A stretch of DNA of 64,000 bases from Candidatus Geocrenenecus huangii (GCA_023254095.1 JALNLM010000004.1:41359-105358); one strand, 5' to 3'. Counted from the first letter of the stretch, positions 20,585-31,946 are shown. Notes: a model not told the origin generated them from the letters alone. Made by a program: numbers and translations.

Positions 20585-21051
20585 ATGAGTGAGACCTAAT
20601 AGCTTTAGTTATCCGATGTACTGCATCTCATAGAGTTTGTGGACAGGCTAAAAGTCTTCTATATCATCTTGACTGATAACGTAGTGATGGTTTCAGAGCT
20701 GAGGAACCAGGTGAGTTTGGAGATTCCGTATTTTATAGGTGTCCTGAATGCGGTGCTGAGTTCTCTCTCAAAGACTTTAAGAAAGATCGTAGATAGATTA
20801 GTCGAAGGAGGGAAATCCATTAAGACGTATCTGTAGGAGATGTAAGAGAGATAGATTATATCATCGGTTATGATATAATGATGATAGGATACTGCATTAC
20901 AATCTACGATGGCAAACCACGATATTATAGAGATGAAATATGCGATCGAATCTTTGAAGAGAGAAAGAAGTTCATATGTCCGAGATGCTACTTCACGTCA
21001 TCCAATCTAGAAGATATAGTAGAAGTAAGGAATGATACACGAGTGAAGTAG
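20585..21051 (+). pseudogene. Two tandem decayed small Zn-ribbon genes
   Basis: Frameshifted segments ...IEFVDRLKVFYIILTDN / DGFRAEEPGEFGDSVFYRCPECGAEF* and RICRRCK / EIDYIIGYD...KKFICPRCYF...*. Confidence 0.5.
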
Positions 21052-21137
21052 CGATAAAGATTAGTAAGTAAGATGTATTGTATGTGTTGCTAAGCTCTTA
21101 AATTTAAAGCTTAGACATTATTACATTTGAATGGAGA

Positions 21138-22214
21138 TTGGGAGAATATTGGTTTAAGTATGGGGTTACAGAAGTTTTCGCAGATATAAGTGACGAAGTT
21201 AGAGTTGATAAGATATCTACATCATACTCTAGTTTGAAATATGACTATTCCGTAATCTCGAAGATAGCTAACGAAATCGCCGAAGGTGAGAATATAGCCT
21301 TAATCTTTGATTATTCGTCTTCCAGAGATCTCGATCTGCTGAAGTCCCTAATCGCAGAGCTTGAGGCTAAAGGGGTTGAAAAGAACAAGTTCAGGATCTT
21401 GGCTTCTTCATGGAGGATTAATCGGAAAATCTTAGAGAAAGAAATAGAGGAGATCTTGAAACCATATAGAGGCAACATAATCTACCCATGGAGCGAGAGC
21501 AAAGTAGAGTATAAAGGGTTCATGATCTCGAGAAGTATTATTGACTCACAAGTTAAAATCTACATATCTACGATTCTCCCACACGGTATACTGGGATTTC
21601 CATCTATAAGCAACTCACTTAAACTTTCAGGGTGGATTAATGGAGATATAATGGATGATAGTAGTTACTGGTTTAAGTTAAGAGATGAATTAGATTTTAT
21701 GGGGGTCTGCATCGCAGGCGATAATGTTTATTCTGGATATCTGTATGAGATTGAGAATGAATGCCTTAAGAACACCGTGGATAAGTATACCGTGAAGGTC
21801 GATTATGAGGCAGACATACTGCTCGTAGATGGATTAGGATGGCCGTGGGACTCGACGCTTGAGGACAGCTTACATATAGTAAACCTGGTATGCGAGGGGG
21901 TTCGAGAAGGAGGGTTGATCGGTTTAATATCTGAGTGTAGAGAGGGGCTTGGAAGCAGCGTTTTCATAAAAGCATTGCTCTCCAAGACCTTCGAGGAAGA
22001 TACTTTAGGTGTGAAAACACTCAAAAAGACCATGGAGTTGTTAGAGAAGAAGAAGCTTGCTTTTGTAACGACAATCCCTAGAAGCATCCTCGAGAAAACA
22101 CTTAATTCAAGAGGTTTCGACACCGTTCAAGACCTGTTAACGTATGCTTTTAGGATTTACAGTAAACAAGCTGTAGTTAGAATAGTTGATGGAAGTATTC
22201 GTCTTATCAAATAG
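21138..22214 (+). CDS. Divergent LarA (lactate racemase)-like domain protein
   Basis: N-terminal W.KYG; PH..LGF; ADILLV...GWPWD; V.EGG.I.LISECREGLG. Confidence 0.7.
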   Translation: MGEYWFKYGVTEVFADISDEVRVDKISTSYSSLKYDYSVISKIANEIAEGENIALIFDYSSSRDLDLLKSLIAELEAKGVEKNKFRILASSWRINRKILEKEIEEILKPYRGNIIYPWSESKVEYKGFMISRSIIDSQVKIYISTILPHGILGFPSISNSLKLSGWINGDIMDDSSYWFKLRDELDFMGVCIAGDNVYSGYLYEIENECLKNTVDKYTVKVDYEADILLVDGLGWPWDSTLEDSLHIVNLVCEGVREGGLIGLISECREGLGSSVFIKALLSKTFEEDTLGVKTLKKTMELLEKKKLAFVTTIPRSILEKTLNSRGFDTVQDLLTYAFRIYSKQAVVRIVDGSIRLIK

Positions 22215-22238
22215 AGTAAACTGGTCTAGAATAAGAGG

Positions 22239-23342
22239 CTAACTTACAATAAAGAATCTGAGCGGTACGAAGGTTAACGCTAGTATTATGAAGACTAGTG
22301 GTATAGCTGTTTTCCGTCTTTTAGAGAGTGGTGAGACTTGGTCTAGTGGAGGTATGTCAGGTGTTCTAGGCATTAACAAGAGTATAAGAATCGCAAAGAA
22401 GAAATATCCAGTAATAGCGAATATTACAACGGAGACGTATCCCGCGATCCTATGCTGCCTCCTGCTTAGGAAACTTCTGAAAACTCTACCACCATCAAGT
22501 TGCCAAGCGGGGAAAAGGTTTAAAGCAGTTACAAGCATTCCAAGCCATGCTGCGAACCCTATCGTTGAAAATAGCGGAACCATATCCGGTCTACCGAATA
22601 GTGGGCGTGCAAGATAGAATATTAAAGGTGAAGGTAGGAGGAAACCGCCCTCGGCTAGAACTTGATTAATTATCGTATCATATTCTGTTTCTGGAATCCA
22701 TCTAGCCGTCATAAAAGAGACGAGGAGTACCCCTATACTTACTATAAAGCCTCCTATAGGTCCGCTAATACCTATGTCGAACATATCATCTCTATTGATT
22801 ATAGGGCTTTTCTGGAAGATCAGAGCACCGAAAGTCGGAATCATAGTAGGTATGCCTGGGATGAAGTATGGTGGACTCGACTCCATGTAGTCTATCTTCG
22901 CAGATATCTTGTGGCCGAGTTCATGTACCCCTATTATAGACATCAAGGCAACTGCGAAGAGTAATGCGTCTATAAACCTATCTAGGAACCCCGTCTTACC
23001 TGTAATGATCTCATACACGGTCGTAGTAGATCTCAGGTATCCGTCTATAGATATTGTTATCAACGTTGCTATGAAGAGCAGTAGAGGAAGTATACGGGAC
23101 TTCGGTATAGGTATCTCAACCCGAGGTTTCGGGAATATTCTTATAATTATCTTACCATCTTCTCTAGTTGCTGTAGGGACTAAATCATGTTGTTTAAGCT
23201 CTTTATAGAGATGTCTAAATTTCTCTTTTATGTCTTCATCATATACTCTAAAAGTCAGGATTCCTGCATCTAGATACACGTCTAGGATGGTAAAGTATCT
23301 CCCAACTATAGTTTTGACAGAGTCAAGATCGTTTACATACAT
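22239..23342 (-). CDS. Site-2 protease (M50) family
   Basis: HELGH, GPIGG, NLFPAWQLDGG. Confidence 0.93.
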   Translation of the reverse strand: MYVNDLDSVKTIVGRYFTILDVYLDAGILTFRVYDEDIKEKFRHLYKELKQHDLVPTATREDGKIIIRIFPKPRVEIPIPKSRILPLLLFIATLITISIDGYLRSTTTVYEIITGKTGFLDRFIDALLFAVALMSIIGVHELGHKISAKIDYMESSPPYFIPGIPTMIPTFGALIFQKSPIINRDDMFDIGISGPIGGFIVSIGVLLVSFMTARWIPETEYDTIINQVLAEGGFLLPSPLIFYLARPLFGRPDMVPLFSTIGFAAWLGMLVTALNLFPAWQLDGGRVFRSFLSRRQHRIAGYVSVVIFAITGYFFFAILILLLMPRTPDIPPLDQVSPLSKRRKTAIPLVFIILALTFVPLRFFIVS

Positions 23343-23669
23343 TGCTTATTCCTTTACCCTTAACCACTTAAATGTATTATTTGTATTTTAAACCTTTCTG
23401 GAAACACTGAATTTAAGTAATAGACATAACACATCAAAGTTTGTGGAACACTTTTCCAAGTCTCTATTCAAAATTGTAGACTAGAGATATAAATGAGACT
23501 CTCTTAAGATGCACCTATAGTTAAAGAACTAAGAAGAATCGGAGATCTAACTTATCATTAATCTAAGACCTTCTAGCAGTATTCTACAATATTACATTGA
23601 CCACAATGGATCTTACTTAGTTGAATATGAGCAATATTTATGCCTTGGAATTTTTAATGTATTTCTGGA

Positions 23670-24182
23670 TTGGTGACTGTGGAAGCAAAACCTGAGAAGC
23701 CCTTCATTACTAGAGAAGCTTCAGAAAAAGACCTGATCGCGGTTATGAACATTAATCGGATATGTCTCCCAGAAAATTATACGTACGGGTTCTTCGAGAT
23801 GATTCTTCATTCTTATCCTAAGAGCTTCCTAGTAGCTGAAATTGATGGACACATAGCAGGATACATTATGTGTAGAGTTGAAAGAATATTATCAAGATTT
23901 CAAAGATTCAAGATCTCTAAAGCAGGTCACGTAATATCTATAGCCGTACTGCCTGAATACAGAAAGATAGGGATAGCTTCTTCTCTACTTAAGAATGCCA
24001 TGAAGGTCTTGAGAGAAGTTTATGGCTGTAGCGAGATATTCCTCGAGGTAAGAGTCTCGAATATCCCTGCAATAAACCTGTATGAAAAAATTGGATTTAT
24101 AAAAGTAGATATTATCAAAAAATATTACATAGACGGTGAAGATGCATACGTGATGGCTAGAGAACTGACAAATATAGATTAA
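23670..24182 (+). CDS. N-terminal acetyltransferase, Ard1/RimI family
   Basis: LPENY, GHVISIAV..YR..GIA, LEVRVSN.PAI.LY, YY.DGEDAY. Confidence 0.93.
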   Translation: MVTVEAKPEKPFITREASEKDLIAVMNINRICLPENYTYGFFEMILHSYPKSFLVAEIDGHIAGYIMCRVERILSRFQRFKISKAGHVISIAVLPEYRKIGIASSLLKNAMKVLREVYGCSEIFLEVRVSNIPAINLYEKIGFIKVDIIKKYYIDGEDAYVMARELTNID

Positions 24183-24309
24183 GCTTCTTAGCTATTTGTC
24201 CCTAACTTCGTCTCTTTCGCCTCAACCTTAAGAAGGAAATCTTTGTTAGAGATTGTTTAAGAGGGAAACTATAATAAGATGTTTTTACTGTTTTAGATGG
24301 GTATCTAGG

Positions 24310-24594
24310 TTGCCATATAAGAGGAAGAATAGGGGTAGGAGGAAAGGGGATAAAGGAAGCGAGCCGGCTGTTCAATGCGATAATTGTGGAGCATTCGTTC
24401 CCAGAAGCAAGATTCAGAGAGTTACAACACGTGTCTCCCTAGTAAGAGGAGATCTAGCTAGAGAACTCAAGCAAATGGGTGCATATATCGCTGAAAACGT
24501 CGTAGTCAAGAATCTATGCATAAGCTGTGCAATTCACTACGGAATCTTAAAAGTGAGAGCAAGAGAAGAAAGAAGACCGAGACAATTTCTGTAG
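24310..24594 (+). CDS. rps26e: 30S ribosomal protein S26e
   Basis: PYKRKNRGRRKG...QCDNCG..VPR.K...CISCAIH; TTG start at 24310. Confidence 0.95.
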   Translation: MPYKRKNRGRRKGDKGSEPAVQCDNCGAFVPRSKIQRVTTRVSLVRGDLARELKQMGAYIAENVVVKNLCISCAIHYGILKVRAREERRPRQFL

Positions 24595-24695
24595 ATGTTC
24601 TCCATGTAGGTTTTCTCTTTATAGCTATACTGGTTAGATCTGACGGCTACTACTAGCCAGAGTACTAACATCAACATTATAACCGACCGAATAGA

Positions 24696-26135
24696 TTGTT
24701 AGTTAGACTGCGGATGTTTAGAGTTGATGATGTAGCCGTACGTCTTCTAAGCTATGGTCCATCAGCAAAAATCGAGGGAGTCGAACTAGGTCCAGATATA
24801 TTGATAGCTCTTGAAGGATTAGGAACGTTCAAAGGCGTAACCATCGAGGACAGATTCAAAGAACTTCAAGCTAAGAGTAGAGACCTCATAGACGTGGCCT
24901 CAAATATGCACAAGGAATCTACTAGACGTGGACATGCTTCTCTTACAACGTCTCTAATACTACAATTCGAGGTAAATCCGTGTAGTAGAGTTTCAACAAT
25001 TCTTCTTGCAGCACAGCCTTTCGGCTCATACTTACAGGAGTCTCAGAGAAGAAGACAGGTAAAAATAGATGATTTCATCATACCTCCAGAGATAGTTAAA
25101 GTAGAGAGGTATTCGAGGATCTACCATGAAGTGATCTATCATGCTTGGAAATGCTACAGGTCCCTTATCGATAAAGGGGTGCCAATAGAGGATGCACGTT
25201 ACCTTCTCCCGTTATCTTCTCGAACATCGATATTCGTAACTGGGAGCCTTGAATCATTCATCTGGCTAATATACTCTTCAGAGAATAGGGATGCATGGTA
25301 TTTTCCATCAGAGTTAAAGAAGATAGGAGAATTAATCAATAAGACGGCCTCGAGTGTTTCTCCATTACTTACTTCAGCCCGCCTCTCATTTAAGCCTCTA
25401 AGTTACGTCTATCCATATCCAGACTTATACAAGCGAGAAGATAAGGCAATAGAGGAAATAATCAGGAAGCATCACGTACCTAATCAGCTAATACTCTTAG
25501 ACTTCAGAGTTGAAGAAGGAATAGATGGTCTAATTCAACATGCTTTAAAGAATCCTGAATGCATGAATTCTCTAAATCCGCTAATTTATGCTGTAACTCT
25601 TGAACCGCTCTCACTTGCAGCATATCATCAATCTATAAGGCATAGAACCGTTCCGACATCGGTTGAATCGATCTATAAAGCAGTGGAGAGGGCTGAGAAA
25701 AAACCTGAAGCTAACGTCATTATCCCACCAACTATAAAATCTAGAGAGGAAACGGTCAACATATTTAATGATGTTGTCTACAGATTATTAGAGGCATACT
25801 CAAATCTAATAGCTGAGAATTTACCTCCGTCAGAGGCCATATATCTTTGCCCTCAAGCATTAAGGATATACGCTGTAAGGAGGTATGATGCATTCAATCT
25901 ACTCTGGCCACAGGGATACATTGGTACAAGAACGTGTAGCTACGCTCAGTGGGAAGAGAGAATGATTGCTTACAGTATATGGAGGGGTATAGAAAAGTTT
26001 TCACCCGACATAGGTAGGTTAATGGGGGAAAAATGTAAACATCTAGGATACTGCCCAGAGAAGGATTGGTGTCAAATAATAAAGAAATACTTTCCCGACT
26101 ATAATGATGAAATACATAGGAAGATGATGGAATAG
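24696..26135 (+). CDS. thyX: ThyX-like FAD-dependent thymidylate synthase, tandem two-domain form
   Basis: GHASL, QESQR, EDARYLLP in the first half; HQSIRHR, RTCSYAQWE.R in the second; C-terminal Cys cluster. Confidence 0.78.
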   Translation: MLVRLRMFRVDDVAVRLLSYGPSAKIEGVELGPDILIALEGLGTFKGVTIEDRFKELQAKSRDLIDVASNMHKESTRRGHASLTTSLILQFEVNPCSRVSTILLAAQPFGSYLQESQRRRQVKIDDFIIPPEIVKVERYSRIYHEVIYHAWKCYRSLIDKGVPIEDARYLLPLSSRTSIFVTGSLESFIWLIYSSENRDAWYFPSELKKIGELINKTASSVSPLLTSARLSFKPLSYVYPYPDLYKREDKAIEEIIRKHHVPNQLILLDFRVEEGIDGLIQHALKNPECMNSLNPLIYAVTLEPLSLAAYHQSIRHRTVPTSVESIYKAVERAEKKPEANVIIPPTIKSREETVNIFNDVVYRLLEAYSNLIAENLPPSEAIYLCPQALRIYAVRRYDAFNLLWPQGYIGTRTCSYAQWEERMIAYSIWRGIEKFSPDIGRLMGEKCKHLGYCPEKDWCQIIKKYFPDYNDEIHRKMME

Positions 26136-26166
26136 CATTGTCAATTCTGCTTTAAGGAATACATAG

Positions 26167-26964
26167 TTACTCGAGGCTTACAACCTCGATTACCTCTCCA
26201 TCAACAATTTTTACCCCTCTCGGAACAATGCCGTAGAATCTACATGAGAAGATCGTTTTTAGCCTTCCATTAAATAATTCTCCATACCCTTCTGGGTAAG
26301 GTTCATGTGCTCGAACAAGCATCTTAAGATTATTCTTCTCCATAAAAAGATTGAATGCTCTCCAACCATATAGCTTGGCCCCTCCTCCTCTCCAACTAGG
26401 TGTAAACCATTCAACATCCTCTGAAGGATCATTCCACAATAACTGGAAACCTATCATGTTCCTAGGACTAAGCTCACCTTTAGGTATAGTGTTTACTTCT
26501 TCGATTTTATCCAGGCCCTCGGGTACACCACCATGTACAGCGAATACTTTCTTATGGATTAGAGCAGCATAGGGTAGCTTCGAGAAAAGTTTTGCAAAGG
26601 AATCATATAGGTCTGGACCATACCTAGAATACACGACGTCCATAAACCCATACCATCTATTTATCTCGACGGTCTCATGATTTCCTCTTAGCATTAATAG
26701 ATTATCTCCCCAGCTGAGTTTCGATTCTAGAAGTTTAACGATGTTCTCTACCTGTCTGGGACCTCTATCAACGTAATCTCCTAGGAATAGTAGTTTAAGC
26801 CCTCCTCTCTCAGCGATCTTAAAAGCATTAGTAGTGGTTTCTTCATCTCCATGAGTATCTCCAACAACTAGAAAATCTCCAAATTCTTGGACTACTAGCT
26901 GTGGCTCACCCTCAAAGAGAGGCTCAGAAGATTCTATCAGATTCTTAATCACTGCTTTATTCAT
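26167..26964 (-). CDS. PPP-family Ser/Thr protein phosphatase
   Basis: GDTHG, GDYVDRG, RGNHE, HGG, LLWNDP, RAHE. Confidence 0.93.
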   Translation of the reverse strand: MNKAVIKNLIESSEPLFEGEPQLVVQEFGDFLVVGDTHGDEETTTNAFKIAERGGLKLLFLGDYVDRGPRQVENIVKLLESKLSWGDNLLMLRGNHETVEINRWYGFMDVVYSRYGPDLYDSFAKLFSKLPYAALIHKKVFAVHGGVPEGLDKIEEVNTIPKGELSPRNMIGFQLLWNDPSEDVEWFTPSWRGGGAKLYGWRAFNLFMEKNNLKMLVRAHEPYPEGYGELFNGRLKTIFSCRFYGIVPRGVKIVDGEVIEVVSLE

Positions 26965-27043
26965 AACTCGAAGATAGAGTAATCAATGCTGTCTAATCAA
27001 TCTATCGTAATATCAAAGTATTAAGAAAAAATTCTGTTATGTT

Positions 27044-27931
27044 TTAGCGGCCGGCTTTCTTAAGAACTTTCTTTAGAAGCTCAGGTATCTGGGATGGTAG
27101 TTCAGCCACTTCTACTCCCGCTTCTTTGAGTGCTTTGATTTTGCTAGTTGCGTCCCCCACGCCCATGGATATTATTGCTCCTGCATGGCCCATTCTCTTA
27201 CCTGGCGGAGCGGTCCTACCAGCTATGTAGGCCACTACGGGTTTCTCGTAATCTTGCTCTATTATGTATCTTGCAGCTCTCTCCTCCATGTCTCCTCCTA
27301 TCTCTCCTATCAAGATGACTGCGACTGTTTCTTCATCTTCCCTAAACATCTCTAATGCATCTATGAAAGATGTTCCCGGGACTGGGTCTCCGCCTATACC
27401 TATAGATGTACTCTGACCTATCCCTGCCTTAGTCATAGCGTAAGCTATCTCGTATGTTAGAGTACCGCTCCTAGAGACTATGCCGACTCTTCCCTTAGAA
27501 AATACGTGCCCAGGCATTATGCCGACTTTCGATACTTCCGGCGAGATCACACCTGGACAGTTAGGTCCAATAATTGTTACGCCGCTCAGCCTTGCATATC
27601 TAACGAATCTCATTGTTTCATGGACTGGGATGCCCTCGGTTATCACGACTATGAGGTCTAAGCCCGCATCGATTGCTTCATAGACGGCGTCCGCTGCAAA
27701 CCTCGATGGAACAAAGATTATAGAAGTGTTTAGTTCTTGGTGTTTTCTAACTGCTTCCATTACGTTATCGTAGACCGGTACTCCCTCGACTACTGTTCCA
27801 CCTTTGCCTGGTGTCACTCCTGCAAGTATCTTCGTTCCATAGTTTAGCATTGCTCTTGTATGGAAGCTCCCTTCCCTACCAGTTATCCCCTGAACAACGA
27901 CTCTCGTATCGGAATCTATTAGGACCGTCAT
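27044..27931 (-). CDS. sucD: Succinyl-CoA synthetase alpha subunit
   Basis: [28 protein letters not shown]. Confidence 0.96.
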   Translation of the reverse strand: MTVLIDSDTRVVVQGITGREGSFHTRAMLNYGTKILAGVTPGKGGTVVEGVPVYDNVMEAVRKHQELNTSIIFVPSRFAADAVYEAIDAGLDLIVVITEGIPVHETMRFVRYARLSGVTIIGPNCPGVISPEVSKVGIMPGHVFSKGRVGIVSRSGTLTYEIAYAMTKAGIGQSTSIGIGGDPVPGTSFIDALEMFREDEETVAVILIGEIGGDMEERAARYIIEQDYEKPVVAYIAGRTAPPGKRMGHAGAIISMGVGDATSKIKALKEAGVEVAELPSQIPELLKKVLKKAGR

Positions 27932-29061
27932 CTTCTCCCACCCAGCTCTACAGCTTTCCTAGCTGCTTCATCCATTTCTTCTAGAACATACATCCTGTTT
28001 TCTTCAAGGATTCTTCTTCCTTCTTCTTCGTTCGTTCCTTTAAGTCTTACAACAATCTTCTTCATCGCTCCAGTTTTTTCTAATGCTCTAACTATTCCAT
28101 TAGCTACTTCATCGCATCTAGTTATTCCGCCGAGTATGTTGATGAAAACCACCTCCGTCTTCGGATGTTGGAGTAGTAGGCTCACGGCTCTCTCAACGAG
28201 GTCTGCCCTAGCCCCTCCACCTATATCTAGGAAGTTTGCGGGTCTCCCTCCGAGAACATATACTGAATCCATTGTGGCCATAGTTAACCCCGCTCCATTG
28301 CATAGTATCCCAATATTCCCATCTAATTCTACATAGCTGAAGTTCATCTTCTTCGCTTCAGCTTCATAGTATGTTAGGTCTCTAACTAACTCGCTTGAAA
28401 ACTCCGGATACTTGTATAGAGCATTATCATCGAGGATCACTTTTGCATCTATTGCTTCTAATCCACCCTCAGGAGTTAGAGCAAGAGGGTTTATCTCGGC
28501 AAGCTCGCAGTTATAGTAATCAAAGACTCGGTAAAGGTTAATAATTATTTCTTGAGCTTTCTTTAATGCTGGCTCACTTAGCTCAAGAAATCTAGCTGCT
28601 TGTCTTGCTTGATAGTCTCTAATCCCTATTATTGGGTCAACGACGATTCTGAGTATCTTCTCAGGCTTTGTACGGGCCAGTTCTTCAATATCAACTCCAC
28701 CTTCAGGTGAAGCCAAGATGACTGGCGCTCCAATACTTCTATCAATAATAATACTTAGGTATAGTTCTCTATCTATATCTACGGCTCTGGAAACTATTAT
28801 CTTGTTTACCTTCTCTCCCTTGATTTCTGATCCAAGCATTTGCTTAGCATAACCGTATGCTTCATCAGGGTTATCTGCAAGCTTAACCCCTCCAGCTTTG
28901 CCCCTACCCGCAACCAAGACTTGCGCCTTAATAACTACTCTGCCAGCAATCTCTTCCGCAGCTTCCCGAGCTCCTTCAGGAGTAGACACAGTCTTGAACC
29001 TAGGTACAGGAATACCGAACCGAGTAAAAATATTTCTAGCCTCATACTCGTACAGCTTCAT
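27928..29061 (-). CDS. sucC: Succinyl-CoA synthetase beta subunit
   Basis: [36 protein letters not shown]. Confidence 0.96.
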   Translation of the reverse strand: MKLYEYEARNIFTRFGIPVPRFKTVSTPEGAREAAEEIAGRVVIKAQVLVAGRGKAGGVKLADNPDEAYGYAKQMLGSEIKGEKVNKIIVSRAVDIDRELYLSIIIDRSIGAPVILASPEGGVDIEELARTKPEKILRIVVDPIIGIRDYQARQAARFLELSEPALKKAQEIIINLYRVFDYYNCELAEINPLALTPEGGLEAIDAKVILDDNALYKYPEFSSELVRDLTYYEAEAKKMNFSYVELDGNIGILCNGAGLTMATMDSVYVLGGRPANFLDIGGGARADLVERAVSLLLQHPKTEVVFINILGGITRCDEVANGIVRALEKTGAMKKIVVRLKGTNEEEGRRILEENRMYVLEEMDEAARKAVELGGRR

Positions 29062-29160
29062 ACAGCATAGATGGTATGAACTATATAATGAATTTTATTC
29101 ATACATTATATTCCTGATTAACTATGGGGGGAATCTTCTAACTCTTAACGGTTGCGAGTT

Positions 29161-29778
29161 TTATTCCTTGCTCTTCGGCTTTATGTATATTTTACTACCT
29201 ATGATTGTATTGTTTGGAACCAATATTTTCACACCATCGGACTTCATGAGTACCGTGAAGAGTGTTGAAACATCTTCTACAACGCCTTCTTCTCCACCGA
29301 GAACTGCGGTGTCTCCAATCTTGACAGGCCTTGCTATTAATAAGAGTAATCCTGAAATTGCTTGGCCAAGTACTTGCTGTGAGGCAAACCCTATAACCAT
29401 CCCTATAAATCCTCCTAGAGCCACTCCAGCTGCACCTCCTGCTACGCCTCCAGCTATACCTGCCAGAAGAGCCCCCACACCCACGATCTTAACAATGTTC
29501 CTTACCGCCGCGGATGTTGAATGATCATATTTTGCTCTCATAGACCAGTAGAAAAATGTTGCAATGCTATTAACTATCAAGTACCCGAATCCTACTGCGA
29601 GAAGTATGTTCACGTATCCTAGGTAGTCTATGAGGTTTATCTCATATCTTAATAGAAGGTCTTTGAAGACCCATTGTATAACAGCGGCAACGGCTACGTA
29701 CGATCCAATGTATAGAATAGTTTTTACTAAAGAGGTGGTTGTCTTCTTCGCAATCTCGGATTTAGTTAATTCGAGCAT
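29161..29778 (-). CDS. MscS-family mechanosensitive channel, short form
   Basis: IGFASQQVLGQAISG...RPVKIGD...GVVEDV...VPN. Confidence 0.88.
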   Translation of the reverse strand: MLELTKSEIAKKTTTSLVKTILYIGSYVAVAAVIQWVFKDLLLRYEINLIDYLGYVNILLAVGFGYLIVNSIATFFYWSMRAKYDHSTSAAVRNIVKIVGVGALLAGIAGGVAGGAAGVALGGFIGMVIGFASQQVLGQAISGLLLLIARPVKIGDTAVLGGEEGVVEDVSTLFTVLMKSDGVKILVPNNTIIGSKIYIKPKSKE

Positions 29779-29898
29779 GTAGATGTCTATAGTTAATATC
29801 GGATAAATATTTTTCCATCCGAATAATCCTTACGAGAATGTTCGTTGATAAGAGAGTATCCTTATATTTTGATGAGACCATGTTAAGAAGATGACTAC

Positions 29899-30783
29899 TT
29901 GAAAGCGTCATACATTATTGAGAGGATCGGAGTCTACTACTCTGTTACTAAGCCCAGAGTTTGGTATCTACTAGCATATACTGCTTTCGGCGGATACATA
30001 GCAGGCTCCGGAGCAACCGTAGACTGGGTTAAAGCATTTATAGCGACTCTATCAGTTATACTTGCCTCTGCGGGCTCTGAAGCGATAGCGAACTTCATTG
30101 AAAAGGATATTGATGCATTGATGGAAAGAACTAAGAATAGACCATTACCATCTGGAAAGATTAGACCTGAATGGAAAGCGTTGATTCTAGGATTAATCTT
30201 AACCAGCCTCGGAGCATATATAGGATACACTATCAACTTGCTAGCCCTAATCTTCATCTTAATCGGAGTACTTGACTACGTAGTCATATACGTAATGCTA
30301 TCAAAGAAGAAGACGCCTCTAAACATTGTACTTGGCAGCGTTGCAGGAGGAGCCCCTACGATGGTTGGATATGTCTCAGCTGCTAATCAGATAACTCTGG
30401 ATTCTGTAATCCTCGCAGGAATAGTCGTCTTATGGATACCGAGCCATATTTGGAGTCTAGCCTTAAGATACAAAGAAGACTATATGAAGGCAGGGATACC
30501 GATGCTCCCAATAGTTATCAGTGAAGATAAAGCAATAAGATGTATTTCGTCTACAGCAATCATATTGATGATTTTCTCAATACTAGTACACTTCATTAAT
30601 CCTTTAAAATACGGATATATCTATCTGGCCTCAGCAACAGTCTCCGGGTCAATCCTACTATACTTTGCCCTCAAACTAATATATAGACCTAGTAAGACCC
30701 TGGCGTGGAAAATGTTCAAGTATACTTCCCCTCACCTTGCAGTTATCTTTACTGTAATAATTATTGAATCGCTACTAGCATAG
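29899..30783 (+). CDS. cyoE: Protoheme IX farnesyltransferase (heme O synthase)
   Basis: TKPRV, EKDIDALMERTKNRPLPSG, WIPSHIWSLA...EDY..AGIPMLP. Confidence 0.93.
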   Translation: MKASYIIERIGVYYSVTKPRVWYLLAYTAFGGYIAGSGATVDWVKAFIATLSVILASAGSEAIANFIEKDIDALMERTKNRPLPSGKIRPEWKALILGLILTSLGAYIGYTINLLALIFILIGVLDYVVIYVMLSKKKTPLNIVLGSVAGGAPTMVGYVSAANQITLDSVILAGIVVLWIPSHIWSLALRYKEDYMKAGIPMLPIVISEDKAIRCISSTAIILMIFSILVHFINPLKYGYIYLASATVSGSILLYFALKLIYRPSKTLAWKMFKYTSPHLAVIFTVIIIESLLA

Positions 30784-30854
30784 AGTAGGAAAACTAACAG
30801 TAATAGAATTAGATAATGTTTTATGCCACCTAGTATAATCTAGTAATGTAGTAG

Positions 30855-31385
30855 GTGAACAATGAGATTATGAGAGAAGATAAAGTCGGCGAGAAGATAA
30901 GCTTTCATCTAGTGGAAGATGCTTGGAATACTCTGAGAACAGAGTTCAGTAGAATAATTGGAGAAGAAGAGGCAATCTTGGTAACCGTTTTTAGATTTTC
31001 TTCACCTTCTCACAAAATGGAAGAAGAATCTGAAGAAGAGAGAAAAATGCATTTTGAGACCCCCTTCGTGAAGGATGTCAAGAAGATCGTCAAGAAGATA
31101 AAAGAGAAATTCAAAGCTGAATCTCATATACATCTACATCCGAGGCATGGATCGGTAACCTTCATGATGGTGTCTTCCGGAGAACTTCTAGTAGATAATT
31201 TTAGAAGCATAGTCGCTGAAGCATCCACATGTGAAGAGTGCGTCCTTGAATATTTAGAGGGCGAGGTAAGAATAGGAGAAGAAGTAGCCACGTTATTCTA
31301 CGGTTCATCAGCAAATGTAATTTTTATTCTCCCAGCGGCTGATGGTAGAAAATTAAAGCTTATTGAGGCGGTTATGTCAATCTAA
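30855..31385 (+). CDS. Hypothetical protein
   Basis: 176-aa ORF with HIHLHPRH and CEEC; no family recognised. Confidence 0.6.
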   Translation: MNNEIMREDKVGEKISFHLVEDAWNTLRTEFSRIIGEEEAILVTVFRFSSPSHKMEEESEEERKMHFETPFVKDVKKIVKKIKEKFKAESHIHLHPRHGSVTFMMVSSGELLVDNFRSIVAEASTCEECVLEYLEGEVRIGEEVATLFYGSSANVIFILPAADGRKLKLIEAVMSI

Positions 31386-31884
31386 GTTTTTCACCATATC
31401 TTTCAGAGAAAACGATCTCTGATAATTCCCTTCTACTCTTTACTCCTTTTATCTTCTTCACTGGGTAGCCGAAGCCTATTATCGCGGCTATCGTCAGATT
31501 GTCCGGGATACCGTACTCTTCCTTCATCTCTCTTTCTCTTACTCCAGTGTATATGCATGAACCAACTCCCATACTCCATGCTGTAAGCTGCATGTTCTGG
31601 ATGGCTCTACCAGCATCTATTAAGTGGAATGGATATTTTGGGTCTGTTAGAACTATTATTGCGAAGTCTGCTCCCGCAACCCATTTGCCTGTTGTGCTTA
31701 GTTCTGCAAGCTTCTTTAAGTTATCCTCATCCTCTACCAAAATGAACCTCCAATGCTGTAGGTTTAACCCTGTAGGGGACATCCTGGCAGCTTCTAGAAT
31801 TCGGAGCTTAACATCATCTGGAACTCTTTCACCTAAATATTCTCTAACCTCTATTCTGGAAACAATGGCCTCGAAAACTTCCAT
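31372..31884 (-). CDS. Nitroreductase family protein
   Basis: EAI.SR..VR.Y, SPTG.N.QHWRF, DAGRAIQNM.L.A...GVGSC. Confidence 0.92.
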   Translation of the reverse strand: MEVFEAIVSRIEVREYLGERVPDDVKLRILEAARMSPTGLNLQHWRFILVEDEDNLKKLAELSTTGKWVAGADFAIIVLTDPKYPFHLIDAGRAIQNMQLTAWSMGVGSCIYTGVREREMKEEYGIPDNLTIAAIIGFGYPVKKIKGVKSRRELSEIVFSERYGEKLRLT

Positions 31885-31946
31885 ACAATACTTTACCGCT
31901 AGGTAGATTAAAAATATTTTTAGATAGTCTCCTGCTTAAAGGTGGT

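Noticed and set aside
23343-23669. AT-rich intergenic region with TGGAA/TTCCA motifs, possible replication origin
   Set aside because: No convincing repeated ORB boxes with G-strings and no orc1/cdc6 gene nearby
28898-29524. 208-aa plus-strand ORF and the many similar antisense ORFs in the track
   Set aside because: Shadows of well-supported opposite-strand genes (here sucC and the MscS gene) with no recognisable motifs
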